Source: Nageia nagi
Lineage: Eukaryota; Plantae; Pinophyta
Assembly: GCA_050084985.1 (NCBI GenBank)
Contig: JBITNC010000001.1
Coordinates: 41,416,001-41,480,000, forward strand
Length of the DNA: 64,000 bases
Direction: 5' to 3'
Shown here: positions 1 to 13,117 of the stretch, piece by piece
Numbering within the stretch: the first letter of the stretch is position 1
Layout: every line of letters starts with the position of its first letter
The notes under the pieces: generated by a model
The model's database searches: none
Told to the model about the DNA's origin: nothing
The model's input: the letters and a program-made list of their open reading frames with translations, nothing else
Made by a program: the position numbers and the translations under genes

Positions 1-590
1 ATTTTATTACTTTCTCATAAGTTCTTATCTTCAATTGTATTCTTATGGAGGATAACTCTCTTTCTCTTTCTCTTTGTCTTTTTGACTCTATACACTAATA
101 TTTCATTAAGAAGAAGTGTTGGAAATTATAATTCATTATTGAGTAATATCTCTATTTAATATAAACTTATAATGTAAATCCACTTAATGCTTAAAGTATC
201 TCTAGATACCTTAAAGTATTAAAGGAATAAATATCGAAAAAGCTTTAAACTTACTCACGGGTAAAAGGGTGGTTAAAGAGTGGGTTTCATATTATAAATT
301 GAGGGGTATACCCCTTCTTATTGTATTGTTAAAAGCATGAATATGCTAGTCTTGTAGAGTTGTAGGAATGATCTTGTAAGAGATTTTTAAAAGAATTCTT
401 GAGAATTTGTAGGAGAGTTATCTTATAAGAAGTAATAAAAGACATGGTTCAAAGTGGATGTATTCCTAAGAGTTAGAGGAGCCACTATACATTGTATGTG
501 AATGATTTGTTCTTAGTTATATGGTTGAAAGTTAGATTTGTTGGAGAAGCTACAAGAGATCGTGGTTTATGGAATCCCTCAATTCCATCA
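1..590 (+). mobile_element. 3' end of a Ty1/copia element (3'UTR, PPT, 3' LTR about 117..590) abutting gypsy-1 gag-pol
   Basis: AATATTTCATTAAGAAGAAG|TGTTGGAAATTATAATTCATTATTG (LTR start at 117) resembles the reverse complement of the copia PPT/LTR junction at 38930-38990 (AATATTGCATTAAGGGGGAG|TGTTGGAATGTATAATGCATTATTG). The putative LTR ends ...TTCCATCA at 590, where gypsy protease-region sequence begins. Confidence 0.65.
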
Positions 591-1765
591 AGTTGGAAAT
601 GTAAAGTGCATTGAGGAGAGAAAGACTCAACTATTCCACATGTCAAGAGCCAAATAAAGGGTTAAAAGATTAATTATATCATATATCTTGGTTCTTAAAA
701 GAATTTGATTTTTAATATTTTAGTAAAGAAGTTAGTATTGAATACTAAAAATCATCCTCATCGATATCCTCTAGGTTGGGTTCACAATGATGCCAAATTA
801 CAAGTCACTAGATAATGCAAGTTGAATTTTTTTATTGTAGTCAATTACCTTGATGAATTTGTTTTGGATGTGGTGCCTAACTATATTTGTGGTGTATTTT
901 TTGGTAATCCTTAATTGTGGGACATATATGTTTTATATATTTTATAAGAAAGAATTAACATAGAGTAATTAAATATGGGAATCCCTATATTATGCATAAC
1001 CATATGAGTGTAAAAAAGATGCCTTTGGTTACAACTAGTTAGATGAAATGACTAATAAATATAAGCAAAAAGTTCATTCTACTCATGGTTACATTTGTGA
1101 AAGATGGATCAGTTAGATGTATGATGTTGATGCTCTTCTTATTTGAATCCACAATGTGTGCATCATTGAGTCATGAAGATCAGATGAAAAAATTGGTTTA
1201 GGAGTTTTAATTTATTTTCTAAACCTAGAGGACTACCAATTATGCAAGAAATTCAACATGAATTCTAACTATTACCTAATTCATCTCTTCCTAATATTGG
1301 ATTGTATAAGCAAATCAATTTTGAATAAGGAGGAGATTAAGAGATAATTTTAAGTATTAGTTGATGATAGTGTGATCATACCTAGTACATCTCCATGTAT
1401 TTAACCTTTTTTTGATGCAAAAGAAAGATGGATTATGGAGAATGTGTATTTATTACATGGATTTGAATAAGATAACCATAAAAAATCATTATCCATTACC
1501 TTGAATAGATTATCTTGTGTATCAATTGAAAGGGAAATCATTTTTCACCAAGTTAGACGTAAGGAGTGGATATCATCAACTAAGAATCAAGGAAGATGAT
1601 ATTTGGAATACTATCTTTAAGACTAGATAAGGTCTAAATGAATAGTTAGTTTTTCCTTTTGGGCTATGTAATGCACTTTCCACCTTCATGAGGGTAATGA
1701 ATGATTTTATTAGACCTTATATTGATTTTTTTTTAATTTAATTTGATTGTATTATGGTCTAAAGT

Positions 1766-3152
1766 TGTGATGAGCCCAAGTTATTGACTCATGCTCAAAC
1801 GTGGCCTAGGAGAAGGATGTTTCCTTATAAGATCTAAATATTATCAATTTAGCATAAAGTAAAGAATAATACCAACATATAGCTAAAATTAGCAAAAATA
1901 GAGAAAACAAACTATAAATATCCATAAATACCTGACATAGGGCTAAGGAAGCTAGAATTAAAATAAATAATACAAAATATACTTCTAGATCCAATGTCCA
2001 AACATAATGAGACAATTGACAATGATGATGGAAAATAATGTGACTGAATTATGGAATGAAAGAACCATAATTACAATAACTTTGATGAGAGTATAATATC
2101 AATGGTATTTTTGGTACCTAAGGAGCTTACATTAGGGTTACCTCCAATAGGGTTATTGGATATGGCTCCAAGGACTCACTAATCATAGTAGTGGTAAGGC
2201 CAAGCCCAAGGATTCCTTACCTCTCAATGATGGAATAACTATAATTTCTCTCCCAAATAGCTAGAGTAAGCACAAGGATAGCCTTAAATCACCTTAAGAC
2301 ATCAAATACAAACAAACATATACAAGTGGAAAAGAGAGAGTTATCACACTCAATTTGATAGAAGGGGGTTTAATCATCAATTAAATATATCTCATGTATT
2401 CAAGTATCACTCCTTATATAGGTGAGGTGGTTCATCTTATAATATTGAGTTGAGTTAATACAATGGATTACAAAAGTGATATGTGTGCTCTCAATGCCAA
2501 CATCCAATATAGGATACCTTGGGATGAGATTAATCATATCCAAGGGCCAAGAATACCAATGTTGGATAAGGGAAGAATTCCATGTGCCTCAATATCAATG
2601 CCTAAGATAGAAAACCTTTAAGAGTATGATGTGGGATCCTAAGGATGCCAAATACTCAATGTAGGGGGTCTAAATACCCTTAAAAGCCTAACATCCAAGT
2701 GTGGGAGCCATTTGATTTCTTGGGATGCCAAATATGCCATGTACAAGCATAAGAGTCTTCATGGTGCCTTGAAGTCGATGTAATCACCTAGATGGATGAT
2801 CTACCTTGAATAGGGGATCATTAATGATGACAAGACTATCTAATGCCAATATTACAATCATCAAGGTTAGAAATATACAACACCTCATTATTGAAGACTA
2901 ATATTGTATTTACAATCATATGGTATTAGTATCATAAATACATCATTATTGGCATAATTGAATACTCAACTATACATAATATACTAGATAAGGGTGAAAT
3001 TTTTCATAATTGGAATACTAAACTACTCTCCAAGTGGAACTTATAATTAATTTTTCAAATAACTACTAAAATATGCAAAAGTACACATAATCTACTATTC
3101 CTATTTGTCAGTGGTGAAATGGAGAAAACATTATAAAAATGGGGAAATTATA
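1766..3152 (-). mobile_element. About 1.39-kb non-coding solo-LTR-like insertion inside gypsy-1 RT
   Basis: RT homology stops at about 1765 (just after the decayed YxDD region) and resumes at about 3155 (EHLLHL). Ends are TGTGATGAGCCC...GGGGAAATTATA. Minus-strand TATA CCTATATAAGG at about 2412-2422. TSD is not clean. Confidence 0.55.
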
Positions 3153-4530
3153 ATTGAAAAGAGCATTTGCTACATCTTATATAAGTGCTTCAAAATTTGA
3201 AAAATGAAACTTGTTATTGAAATAAAGTAAATGTGATTTTGGTAACCAATCTTTTGTGTATTTAAGACCTATCATTGGTGGTAAACAACTTAAGATAGAT
3301 CCCAAAAATATTAGAGCCATTTTAGAGTGGCCAAGGACTAACAATATGGTTGAAATACATTTTTTAGGAGTTGTTCAATACCTTAGAAAGTTTGTTATTA
3401 CTTTTTCCAATATTACTTCACCTTTGTTTGATATTATAGGAGGAAAAAGGCAAATTTTTGTGTGGGAAAATTAAAAATGAACAGCATTTGATTTTTTGAA
3501 GTAAAAGATCAACAATGCACTTATTTTGGCAATCCTTAATTTGTAACAACCATTTGATATTGAGATTGATGCTAGTGAGTATTCCATACGGGAAATTTTG
3601 ATGCAAGAAAGTAGACATATTTGCTATCATTATAAAAATTTCAATGGGGTAATTTTGAACTACCTTACATATGAAAAAAAATTATATACATTGGTAATGT
3701 GGTGAAGAAATGGAAGCATTACTTAATGCGTAAGTAGATAGTAATTCATATTGATCATCAACCATTATAGTATTTGAAAACTCAATAAATGTTGCAACAA
3801 CAAAGGAACTTCATATGGATGGGATTTCTACAATAATTTCATCTAATTATAAAATACAAGAAAGGTAGCACCAATAAAATTATTGACATGCTTTCCAAAC
3901 CTCCAATTGAAATAATAATGTTGATACCCTTTCCTCTAAAATGACAATGCTCAAGTAATTCCAATAGTATAATTTGACTTCTTTGACTAGGTTTATGCAT
4001 AAGGAATTTTGGTAAACTAAAATAAATAAAATTATGGTGATTTGATTTCAAAATCTTGGCAACTCAGTTCCAAAATGTCATAGAAGTAATGGAAATATTT
4101 CAAAAAAAATAAAATTGATTTAGAAAATTTTGGCTACTTGATATTAATTTCAAAAAAATTTAAAAATTATAGGCAACTTTTTCATATTAATGTATAATTT
4201 ATATTTTACAACAAAAGATTATAATTGATAATACAATATAGATACTAGTAAAGAGAGCAATCGATCATCTTCATAAACAGAAGATGCTTGACATGTTTGT
4301 ATAAGAAGAAATAATTGACCATCTTCATATCTATAAAATTGATATCTATACATTGCTCAGAGTTCAAACATATAGAAACTTTGATGTAGAGAAAGAACTT
4401 GATGTTACATTACAATGTTGCTCTTTGTGACACTATGAAAAAGAGTGCTAATGTCAATTTCTTCATATTCAACATTTGGATAGACTCCATTTGGCCCAAC
4501 CTTAGTCATTAGCATTTGTTCTAGGTTGGA

Positions 4531-5253
4531 TTATCCAAATTGGATCATGTCAAGTTGATCTCTACAAGAGTATTACTCATACTAGAGGTATTTGTGCTTG
4601 AAAACTAAACAAAGATTGAAATATAGAGTTGATTGATGATAGAAACCACGTTGGTAACAACCTGCATCTACTATTTTAAGGTTATTAATGGTATGCATTT
4701 TTATGAGTCAATAGTGGAAATTGAAGGGGCATAGATGATTCAAGAAGCTATGTAGTTTAGGATCATCAACTAGCACCTTGGAGAAGTTTCTAAGCCTATT
4801 TAATAGCACACTACTCTCTAGATTGATCAAAGGAGTTTTAGAGAGTTTTTGGATTTTGGGATTGTAAAGATTTGAAGGAATACCAAGAATCATTGTGAAT
4901 TTTTGTATTTCTAAAGTTGTTCTTTTTTCTATAGAAGATTGCAGTAGTGTGGTAAGAGATGGTATTCCCATTATTTTTATGGTATTTCTCTATGCATGTA
5001 ATATTGTAATGTCCATTAAAAATAAGAAGAGAAGGCTCTAATTCCATGTTGGATTAGCCCATATTGGGTGAACCAAGGTAAATCATTGTGTTGATATTGT
5101 TGTGTGTGATTGAGATTGTTAAATTTTTAGTTTTACATTATGCAATTTTGATTTTATATGTAATTTTATGGGTCTCAAAATGGTGAATATTTTTTGTTTG
5201 AATATGTAAGAGAGGATTTGAGTATGATATAAGCATATGGTGATTATGGATCA
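4531..5253 (+). repeat. Gypsy-2 5' LTR
   Basis: Aligns by eye with 10790..11493. Both end GCATATG(G/T)TGATTATGGATCA. Confidence 0.85.
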
Positions 5254-5255
5254 TG

Positions 5256-5267
5256 TGGTATCAAATC
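5256..5267 (+). promoter_or_regulatory. Primer-binding site (tRNA-iMet type), degenerate
   Basis: TGGTATCAAATC, 2 nt after the LTR end, versus canonical TGGTATCAGAGC. Confidence 0.75.
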
Positions 5268-8200
5268 TTGTGTGTGCAAGATTTGGGACCAAAATTTTAG
5301 GGATTTTAGGCCATCAGTGGCATGCTTTTTGATATTTAGGAGGATATATCAAATATTAGAATTAATTTGAGAGGATCCTAAGATTGATCAAAGGTGTAAA
5401 GTGACTAAAATAGATGATTTGAAGGAGCAATAGTTTGCAAGTTTGTACCATGCTAGATGCTGATTTTGAAAGGAAATTTTTAGCAATGAAGAATCATTTA
5501 GCTCATTTGGCTGAGTTTTTGGTTGTTGGAGAAAATGTAAATGTTAATAAAAGGAAACAAAAGGAAGTTGGAGGACTTGATTCATCATCTTCATCAAATT
5601 GTGTTCCGTTCAAGGTGGAGGCCAAACTAGATATTCCTATTTTTGGAAGAGAGGTTGATGTAGACAAGTTGAATAATTGGTTGAAATAATTTGAGATTTA
5701 TTTCCAAATTCATGTTGTTGTAAATGATGTTGATAAAATATATTTTGCTAGATTAAATATGGATGGACATGCTTTAGTTTTTTGGGAAAACCATGTAAAA
5801 CTCTTAGTCATGAACATTTATTAGAAGTATCTTCTTGGGTGGAATTTAAGAACTTGTTAAGATATCAATTTTATCCATTGGGATATCATAATAAAGAATT
5901 GATGAAATGATAATTATTTAGACAACAAAAAGGGAAAATGGTTCAAGAATACATTATAGAATTTAGGAAATAAGCTACTTTGATTGAGGTTTCACTAAAA
6001 TGAAGTACATTGGAGGTTTACATAGTCATTTGTAAAAAACTATCATGGTGTTTAATCCTACTTATCTTGATCAAGTGTGTGTACAAGCTCAATACTTAAA
6101 GGAGGATGGTAAAGCAAGGACACAAATAATGAATCCAAGAAGGCTTCAAATTTAAGGGGAGGATAATATAAAGGTAAATCTCAAGATAAAGGCAAAGGTA
6201 AACAAGAAACTAAGACCACTAATATTTCAAAGAAAGAAGGTGATAATAGGCATTGTAGTCATTATGATAAAGATGGTCATGTTGATGATAAAAGTTAGAA
6301 ACTTCATCCAAAATTACATCCATATAAGAAATATAATAAGGATAAAACTAATTCTATGGTTCTTAAATATGAGGATATTGAAGTAAGTTCAAATGTTGTT
6401 GAGAAAATAAATTATTCACCCATTCAAAAGATTGAAGAATATCAAGACATTGAAGAAAAAAGAATTCAATTTTCTACTTCAAGATCCAAATTAAGAAAAC
6501 AAAAGTAGATTGTATTGTTGATTTGAGTTCTCAAGAAAATTTGATTTCAAAATCTATGGTAAGTAATTTGGATTGAAAACTTTCAACCATCTAAATCCAT
6601 ATGCTTTGGGTTGGGTGCATCACAATGCTAGTTTGGAAGTCACTAAGCAATGTAAGTTGAAATTTGTTATTTGTTCAAAGCACATTAATGAAGTTATGGT
6701 TGATGTTGTTCTTTTAGACATTTGTGGTGTTATTCTTGGTAACCCCTACATGTGGTACAAAGATGGTATTTATTGCAAAAAAGATGCAAAGGTGTTTCTA
6801 GCTAATGCACATAAAAGTAATAAAATGCTATCTTTGGTTACTATTAATCAAATAAAATGCCTTTTAAATGCTTCTAAAATGTTTGTGTTGATCATGGTGA
6901 AAACCTAATATTTTGGTGAGGTGAATCTCACACTATCAATGATGTGCAACACTAATTTTAGGCCATTAACAATGTACAAAAGGGAAGAAAAGATACATAA
7001 ATTGATCTGGGAGTTTGTCGACTTGTTTGCAAAGCCACAGGGATTACCTCGATATACAACATGACATTTAGTTGTTACCTTATGCTTCATTTCCCAACAT
7101 AGCTTTGTATTGATAATCAATTTTGGAAAAAAAGAAGATATAAAGGTAAATTCAAGATTTGGTTGATCAAGGTGTGATCAAAACAAGTATATCTCCATGT
7201 GGATCACCTATTATTTTAGTTTTCAAGAAGAATCAAACTTGGAGAATGTTTATTGACTATAGAGAACTTAACAAAATCACCATAAAAAATTGTTATCCTT
7301 TGCCTTAGATAGATGATCTTTTGGATTAGTTCCAAGGGGAAATATTCTTCACAAAGCTAGACTTAAGGAGTAGATATCACCAAGTTCAAATAAAGAAGGA
7401 GGATATTTTAAAGATCACTTTCAAGACAAGAAAAGGCCTATTTGAGTGTTTTGTTTTACTATTTGGTTTATGTAATGCACCAACTGCATTTATGAGTGTA
7501 ATGAATGGCATACTTCATCCATTTATTGATTCTTTTGTTATCATATATTCTAATGATATTCTTGTTTATAGTTTTACTTGGTAAGAACATGTTGTACTTA
7601 TTAGACAAGTTTTTCAATCTTTGCATAGGGAGAAGTTGTTGAAACATTCAAAGTGTGAGTTTGATAGAGAGTCTTTGGTGTATTTGGGCCATGTTACTGG
7701 TCATGGACAACTTAAGATAGATCCTACTAAATTAAGTGTTATAGTAGATTGTCCAAAGTCATCTAATGTAACTGAAGTATGGAGTTTCTTAAGTGTTTTT
7801 CAATATTTGAGAAAGTTTATTTTTGGTTTTTCTCATAGTGTTTCACCTTTACATGATGTAACTAGCAAGAGACAAGTGTTATAATGGGGGAAACAATAAC
7901 AAACATCTTTTGATACTTTGAAGCAAAAGATTATTAGTGCACCTATGTTAGCACTTCCTGATTTGCAAAATCCATTTGAAGTGTAGATTGATGTAAGTGA
8001 CTATGCCATGGAAGCCATTTTATTACAAGAAGGTAAACCAATTTCATATCATTTAGAAAAATTTAGTGGGGCCATTTTGAATTATCCTACTTATGATAAG
8101 GAAATGTATGCATTGGTTCAAGTTGTTAAAAAGTGGAAATATTACTTAATGGAGAAAGAAATAATCATTCATATTGATGATAAACCATTAAAGTACTTAC

Positions 8201-8941
8201 AAACTCAATCAAAATTGCAACAAACTAGAAACTATAGATGGATGGATTTTCTACAACAATTTCATATTACGATCAAGTATAAGAAATGAACATAAAATAA
8301 GATCGCTAACATGATTTCTAGACCACATGTACTTTCAAAATTTGACATCATTAACAACATACAACACTAATTTTAGGATGTTAATAGCATGTAGACAAGG
8401 ACCAATGAGTTCCATCTCAATGCTAAAATCTTTTCCTTTTCTTTCTAAGTTATTTTCAGAGGCATATGTGCAAGATCCTAACTTGGGAGAGGTGTATGAG
8501 CAAGTTTCTACATCTAGGTCCAAGTATGAGAGTTTGGATGATTTTCATTTGCAAAATTGACTTCTTTATTATTTTAATACATTATGTGTACCTATAAGTG
8601 AAAGGATTGGACTGATTAGAGAAGCATATACTTCAAAGATTATAGGACATTTTGGGGTTGGAAATATATTGTACAATTTGCAAAGGTATGTATATTGGCC
8701 AAAGATGTAAGATCAAGTTGCCAAGTACATAAATGGATGTTCTTTTGTATTGCACCAGTAAGCTAAGTAACAAAAAATTAGGTTTGTATCATCCACTACT
8801 AGTACCAACTCATCTTTGGGAATGTATTTCCATGGATTTTGTGGGAGGATTACATATGACCAAGAATGGTCATGAATATTTATTTGTTATTATGGATAGA
8901 TTTATCAAGATGTGTGTTTTGATTCCTTGTAAGAAGATAAT

Positions 8942-9740
8942 TGTGGATTTGAAGAAAAACATACTCCGCGAAGGGTAGTGCAGAGAACACTACAGAACGG
9001 AGGTCCTCACGTGCAGGAAGAGAAAGTGATGGAAGTCCAACGTGCGGAGGAGCAGCTGGCCCTGGTCGCAATCAGGCAGAATGCGCAAAGCGGTTTGTCC
9101 GAACTGGGCCAGGAAATTCTGAGGGCGGTTTTTCGGTCAATGATACCAATAACAGTGTTGGATCTACCGTGCTGAAAAGTCTGCCGATGACGTGGAGCGA
9201 GGAAGAATGCCACGTGGGATCAATGAAGCCCTTGCCGCTGTTTGAGGAGGATAACGGTGGGGATGACAGTGGGGTCCGGTCCAGAACAGAGCGCCAGACA
9301 TGGTAGTTGGGAACCATCCTGACACCGTAACGCTACTGTTGGGTTCAACGTAACTGATGAACGCCTGATGCACCCCTGACGTGTGCCAGACAAGTTGGGT
9401 GATGTGGAGCATTACATGGTGCAAAGACCAGACAGACTAGCTCCAAATGAGCTCCAGAAATGAGCTCCAGAAACGAGCTCCAGAAATGAGCTCCAGAAAC
9501 GAGCTCCAGAGACGAGCTCCAGAAACGAGCTCCAGAGTCGAGCTCCAGAAAAGGCTACACACCTAAAGGCATCTTTGTATTCTTAATCCCTTGCGGATTA
9601 AAGGAGGGAATGTTGGAAACCTAATCCTTAGGGATTAAGGTAATTTATGATCATTAATAGTTTTAGGTGTGTGAGCATGAATGTATTTATATGAGACCAA
9701 GTTAATACAATATTTGGCTTTTGGAGTTTCTCCTTCAATA
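8942..9740. mobile_element. Young GC/CpG-rich 799-bp LTR-derived insertion in gypsy-2 integrase
   Basis: Abrupt GC rise. Ends are TG...TA (likely CA>TA). TSD ATAAT/ATAAC. The integrase frame (CKKI|T..DVVNLFFSHVWVHFGL) resumes after it. Internal PPT-like AAGGAGGGAA|TGTTGG at 9601-9616. Confidence 0.75.
9438..9551 (+). repeat. 13-bp tandem repeat GAGCTCCAGAAAY, about 8 copies
   Basis: GAGCTCC starts at 9449, 9462, 9475, 9488, 9501, 9514, 9527 and 9540. Confidence 0.95.
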
Positions 9741-10418
9741 ATAACATGACAAGATGTTGTAAATTTATTCTTTTCACATGTTTGGGTTCATTTTGGATTG
9801 CTAATTCTATTATTTTAGATAGAGATAGTAGGATTTTGAAAAAAAATTAGAGATGTTTGTAGGAAAATATGGACACAAGGTTGAAGAGAAGTACTACCTT
9901 TCATCCTCAAATGGAAGGAAAATCAAGGTGGTGAATAAGATAGTGGTTCAACTCTTGCAGGGTTATTATGGCAAGCATCCTAAGTCCTAGCATGAACATC
10001 TTGAATATATCCAATGTTCATACAATAGGATAATTCATTATTCTATTAATAAGAGTTCTTTTGAGACTTGTTTTCATTATTTACCACTTTCACATAATGA
10101 TTGTATGTTTGGGAAGCAAAAGGATGAAGGAGATTCACTTGAGAAAGAGGAAAAGCAAGCTAAAACATTTTTTGAAAAGATTAAGCAAATACATTTGAAA
10201 CTCTAAAAGCAAATTAAGATGAGCCAATCCAAGTAAAAGATAAGACATGAAAAATATAGAGTTGAACATAATTTTCATATGGGAGACCATGTTTAGTTGC
10301 ATCTTAGTAAGGAGAGGTTGCAAGGATTGGCTAAGAAGTTGGAGTCTATAAGGTATGGGCCATTTGAGATTATGGATCAAGTAAGTGAGAATGGTTTTAG
10401 ATTGAATCTACTAGCATA

Positions 10419-10496
10419 TATGAACATTTATTTAGTTGTGAATGTATGAACATTTATTTAGTTGTGAATGTATGAACATTTATTTAGTTGTGAATG
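10419..10496 (+). repeat. Exact 26-bp tandem triplication TATGAACATTTATTTAGTTGTGAATG
   Basis: Units start at 10419, 10445 and 10471. Confidence 0.95.
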
Positions 10497-10789
10497 TGGA
10501 ATATTTAAAATTATATGAGTCATCTATGTTGACTGAAGATGAAGCAAATTCATATCATATTTTACCATCTCTTGGTGACTTAGCTCCTAATATTATGGAT
10601 GAACTCAAGGAGGATTCCATATTACAAAATAAGGTTTGTGCTATATGAAGAGGTGAGACAGAGTTGTGGTTGGTTGGATTGAAAGGAAAAAATCCTAATA
10701 AAGCCAAGTGGATAGAAAGGTCCAAGGTTGAGGAGTTGTATCCTCATATATGCATTTGTGGGACCAAATATCTTCTCATTAAAGAGGTT

Positions 10790-11493
10790 TGATACAAACT
10801 GTATCATGTTAGGTTGATTTATATGAGAGAAGTACTCATTCCAAAGGTATTTGTGCTTGGAGATAGATCAAAGAATGAAATCTAGAGTTGATTGGTGATA
10901 GAATATATATTATTAACAACATGCATCTATGACTTTCATATCATTAATGACATGTATTTTAATAAGTCATCAATGGAAGTTTAAGGGGAATCAATGATTC
11001 AAGTATCTGAGTAGTTCAAGATCATCAATCAATACCTTGGAGATGCTTCTATGCCTATTTAAGGGCATACTACTCTCTTGATTTATCAATGGAATTTTAG
11101 ACAATTTTTGGAGTTTGGGATTGTAAATATTTGAAGGAAAGAGTCATTCTAGAATTTTTGTAGTTCTAAAGTTGTTCTTCTTGTTGTAGGAGATTGCAGT
11201 AGTGTGGTAGGAGATAGTATTGCTATTAATTTGATTTTATTTCTCTATGAATGTAATATTGTAATTTCCATAGATAATGAGAAGAGAAGGCTCCAATTCC
11301 ATGCTAGATTAGCCCATATTGGGTGAACTAGGGTAAATCATTGCATTGATCTTGTTATGTGATTGATATTGTTAATTTGTAATTTTACATTATGTATTTT
11401 TGATTTTATATGCAATTTGATGGGTCTCATAATGGTGAGTTTTTTGTAAGAGATAATTTGAGTATGCTATAAGCATATGTTGATTATGGATCA
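10790..11493 (+). repeat. Gypsy-2 3' LTR
   Basis: Starts TGATACAAACTGTATCATG after the PPT and ends GGATCA. Homologous to 4531..5253. Confidence 0.85.
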
Positions 11494-12160
11494 CTGTATG
11501 GACTCTATTTCTTAGTCATTGGTTTAGAATAATTTATTGATAATGGTTAGATTTGAAAATATAACTCCATACTTCTCCACATATCCATACAAGTGTATCC
11601 TTATGACTAGACCCCACTCATGACTCAACTTCACTAATAAAATGTTTATTGAGTTGTTAATATTCAAATATTAGTTTGACAAAAATGACCTTTAAAATAA
11701 ATAAAATATTTATTTCTTAACCACAAACTAAAATGATTACCCTATGGGTGCTAGCATGGGGAAGTTAGAAGGCCAAGGGGAAGGGAACCACTTGACTCTC
11801 TCCCCAAGGGGAATGAAACCACTCAGCACTCCCTATATTTTGGAAAGGGTTCCAAATATGAAATGTGAATATTTTGATGATAGACAATAATAGATCAATT
11901 TATATTTGGAATCCTTTTCCAAAATAGGATGGAACTCCATTTTGTATTCAATATTAATCATGAGATGATCTACACTAACTATTAAATAACTATTAACTTG
12001 AATACGAATGTAAATCCAAATTAACAATTTTTAAAAATATTCTTATTCATTGAAATGTGTGAAATATCAATCAACTTACTCAAAATATAATTTTACTACA
12101 AATGTAAGGTACAATTGTACAAAATGTCAAAAGTTGTGTGTTTGTTAGGAATAAGAATGA

Positions 12161-12930
12161 GTGCAGAGGATAGAAGATGTTTGACTATAGAGGATAGACG
12201 ATGATCGAATGCAAAGGAAAGAAGATGCTCTATTGTAGAGAAGAGAAAATGCTCAACTATAGAGGAGAGTAGATGCTCAACTATAGAGGATTGAAGATGT
12301 CTTCTCTCTTGATTGTATAAGACAAAATATGCTCAACTACAAATGAGAGAAGATGCTTGATTATAAAGGAGATAATATGCTTGATTGTAGAGGAGAGAAT
12401 ATGCTCAACTATAGAGGAGAGAAGATGCACAACTGTATAAGATAAAAGATGCTCAGTTGCATAAAAGAGCATATACTCAACTATAGAGTATAAAAGATGC
12501 TCGATTGTAGATGATCATCTTCATAAAGAGAATATGCTCATCTTCATAAAGAGAAGACACTTATCTTATTAAAGAGAAAATGTTCAACTGCAAAGAAAAG
12601 TAGACACTATATTATAGAGAAGAGCAAATGATCAACTACAGAGGAGAGAAGATGCTCACCTTGATAAAGAGAATACAGTCATCTTCATAAAGAGAAGATG
12701 CTTAATTATAGAGGACAAAATACACTCAGCTACAGAGGAGAGAAGATGCTTGAATGTAATTAATAGAAGATACTTGACTATAGAGGAGAGAAGATACTTA
12801 ATTGCATTTAATAGAATACACTCATCTTCATAAAGAGAATACACTTGTCTTCATAATGAGAAGTTGTATGTCTTCATAAAGAGAGGATACTCATCTTTAT
12901 GAAGAGAAATTATTCATCTTATAAGTGGAG
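12161..12930 (+). repeat. Degenerate tandem array of about 22-24-bp units (AGAGGAGAGAAGATGCTCAACTAT / CTCATCTTCATAAAGAGAAGAT) in the hAT
   Basis: Repeated core AGATGCTCAACT and variants. Explains the spurious 'HLLSS' ORFs. Ends just upstream of the TATA at 12996. Confidence 0.9.
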
Positions 12931-12995
12931 GACACATTGAAATATGCATACTTGCTATGTATTTTGCATTGAATACAATTTAGGGTTTCTTTAGC

Positions 12996-13003
12996 TATAA
13001 ATA
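12996..13003 (+). promoter_or_regulatory. TATA box of the hAT accessory gene
   Basis: GCTATAAATAGCCC, followed by a pyrimidine-rich leader and ATG at 13118. Confidence 0.55.
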
Positions 13004-13117
13004 GCCCATTCCTTCCTCCATTTTTATATTTCATTGCCATTCTCTCCATGCCTTTGATATTTGTTCTTCTTTCATTCTATCCCTTCTCTAACTTTCTAGA
13101 TTTTTTTTTTAAATACA

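Larger units (their letters stand above)
4531..11493 (+). mobile_element. Gypsy-2: full-length but degenerate CRM-like Ty3/gypsy element nested in the hAT
   Basis: Two homologous LTRs, PBS at 5256, gag (KVEAKLDIPIF; zinc knuckle HCSHYDKDGH), protease region HLNPYALGW, RT, RNaseH (NYPTYDKEMYALVQ), integrase (WECISMDFVGGL) and PPT TAAAGAGGTT. Same family as gypsy-1. Confidence 0.9.

Noticed and set aside
8880-9424. Cluster of overlapping GC-rich ORFs as a real or foreign gene
   Set aside because: The ORFs are short, occur on both strands and lack motifs. High GC in a TSD-flanked LTR-derived insert explains them.
9438-9551. 13-bp array (and the 12.2-kb and 19.5-kb arrays) as CRISPR-like arrays
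   Set aside because: Units are head-to-tail with no unique spacers, there are no cas genes, and the context is eukaryotic TE sequence.
12281-12844. 'HLLSS' repeat ORFs as LRR-like proteins
   Set aside because: They are translations of the tandem DNA array.
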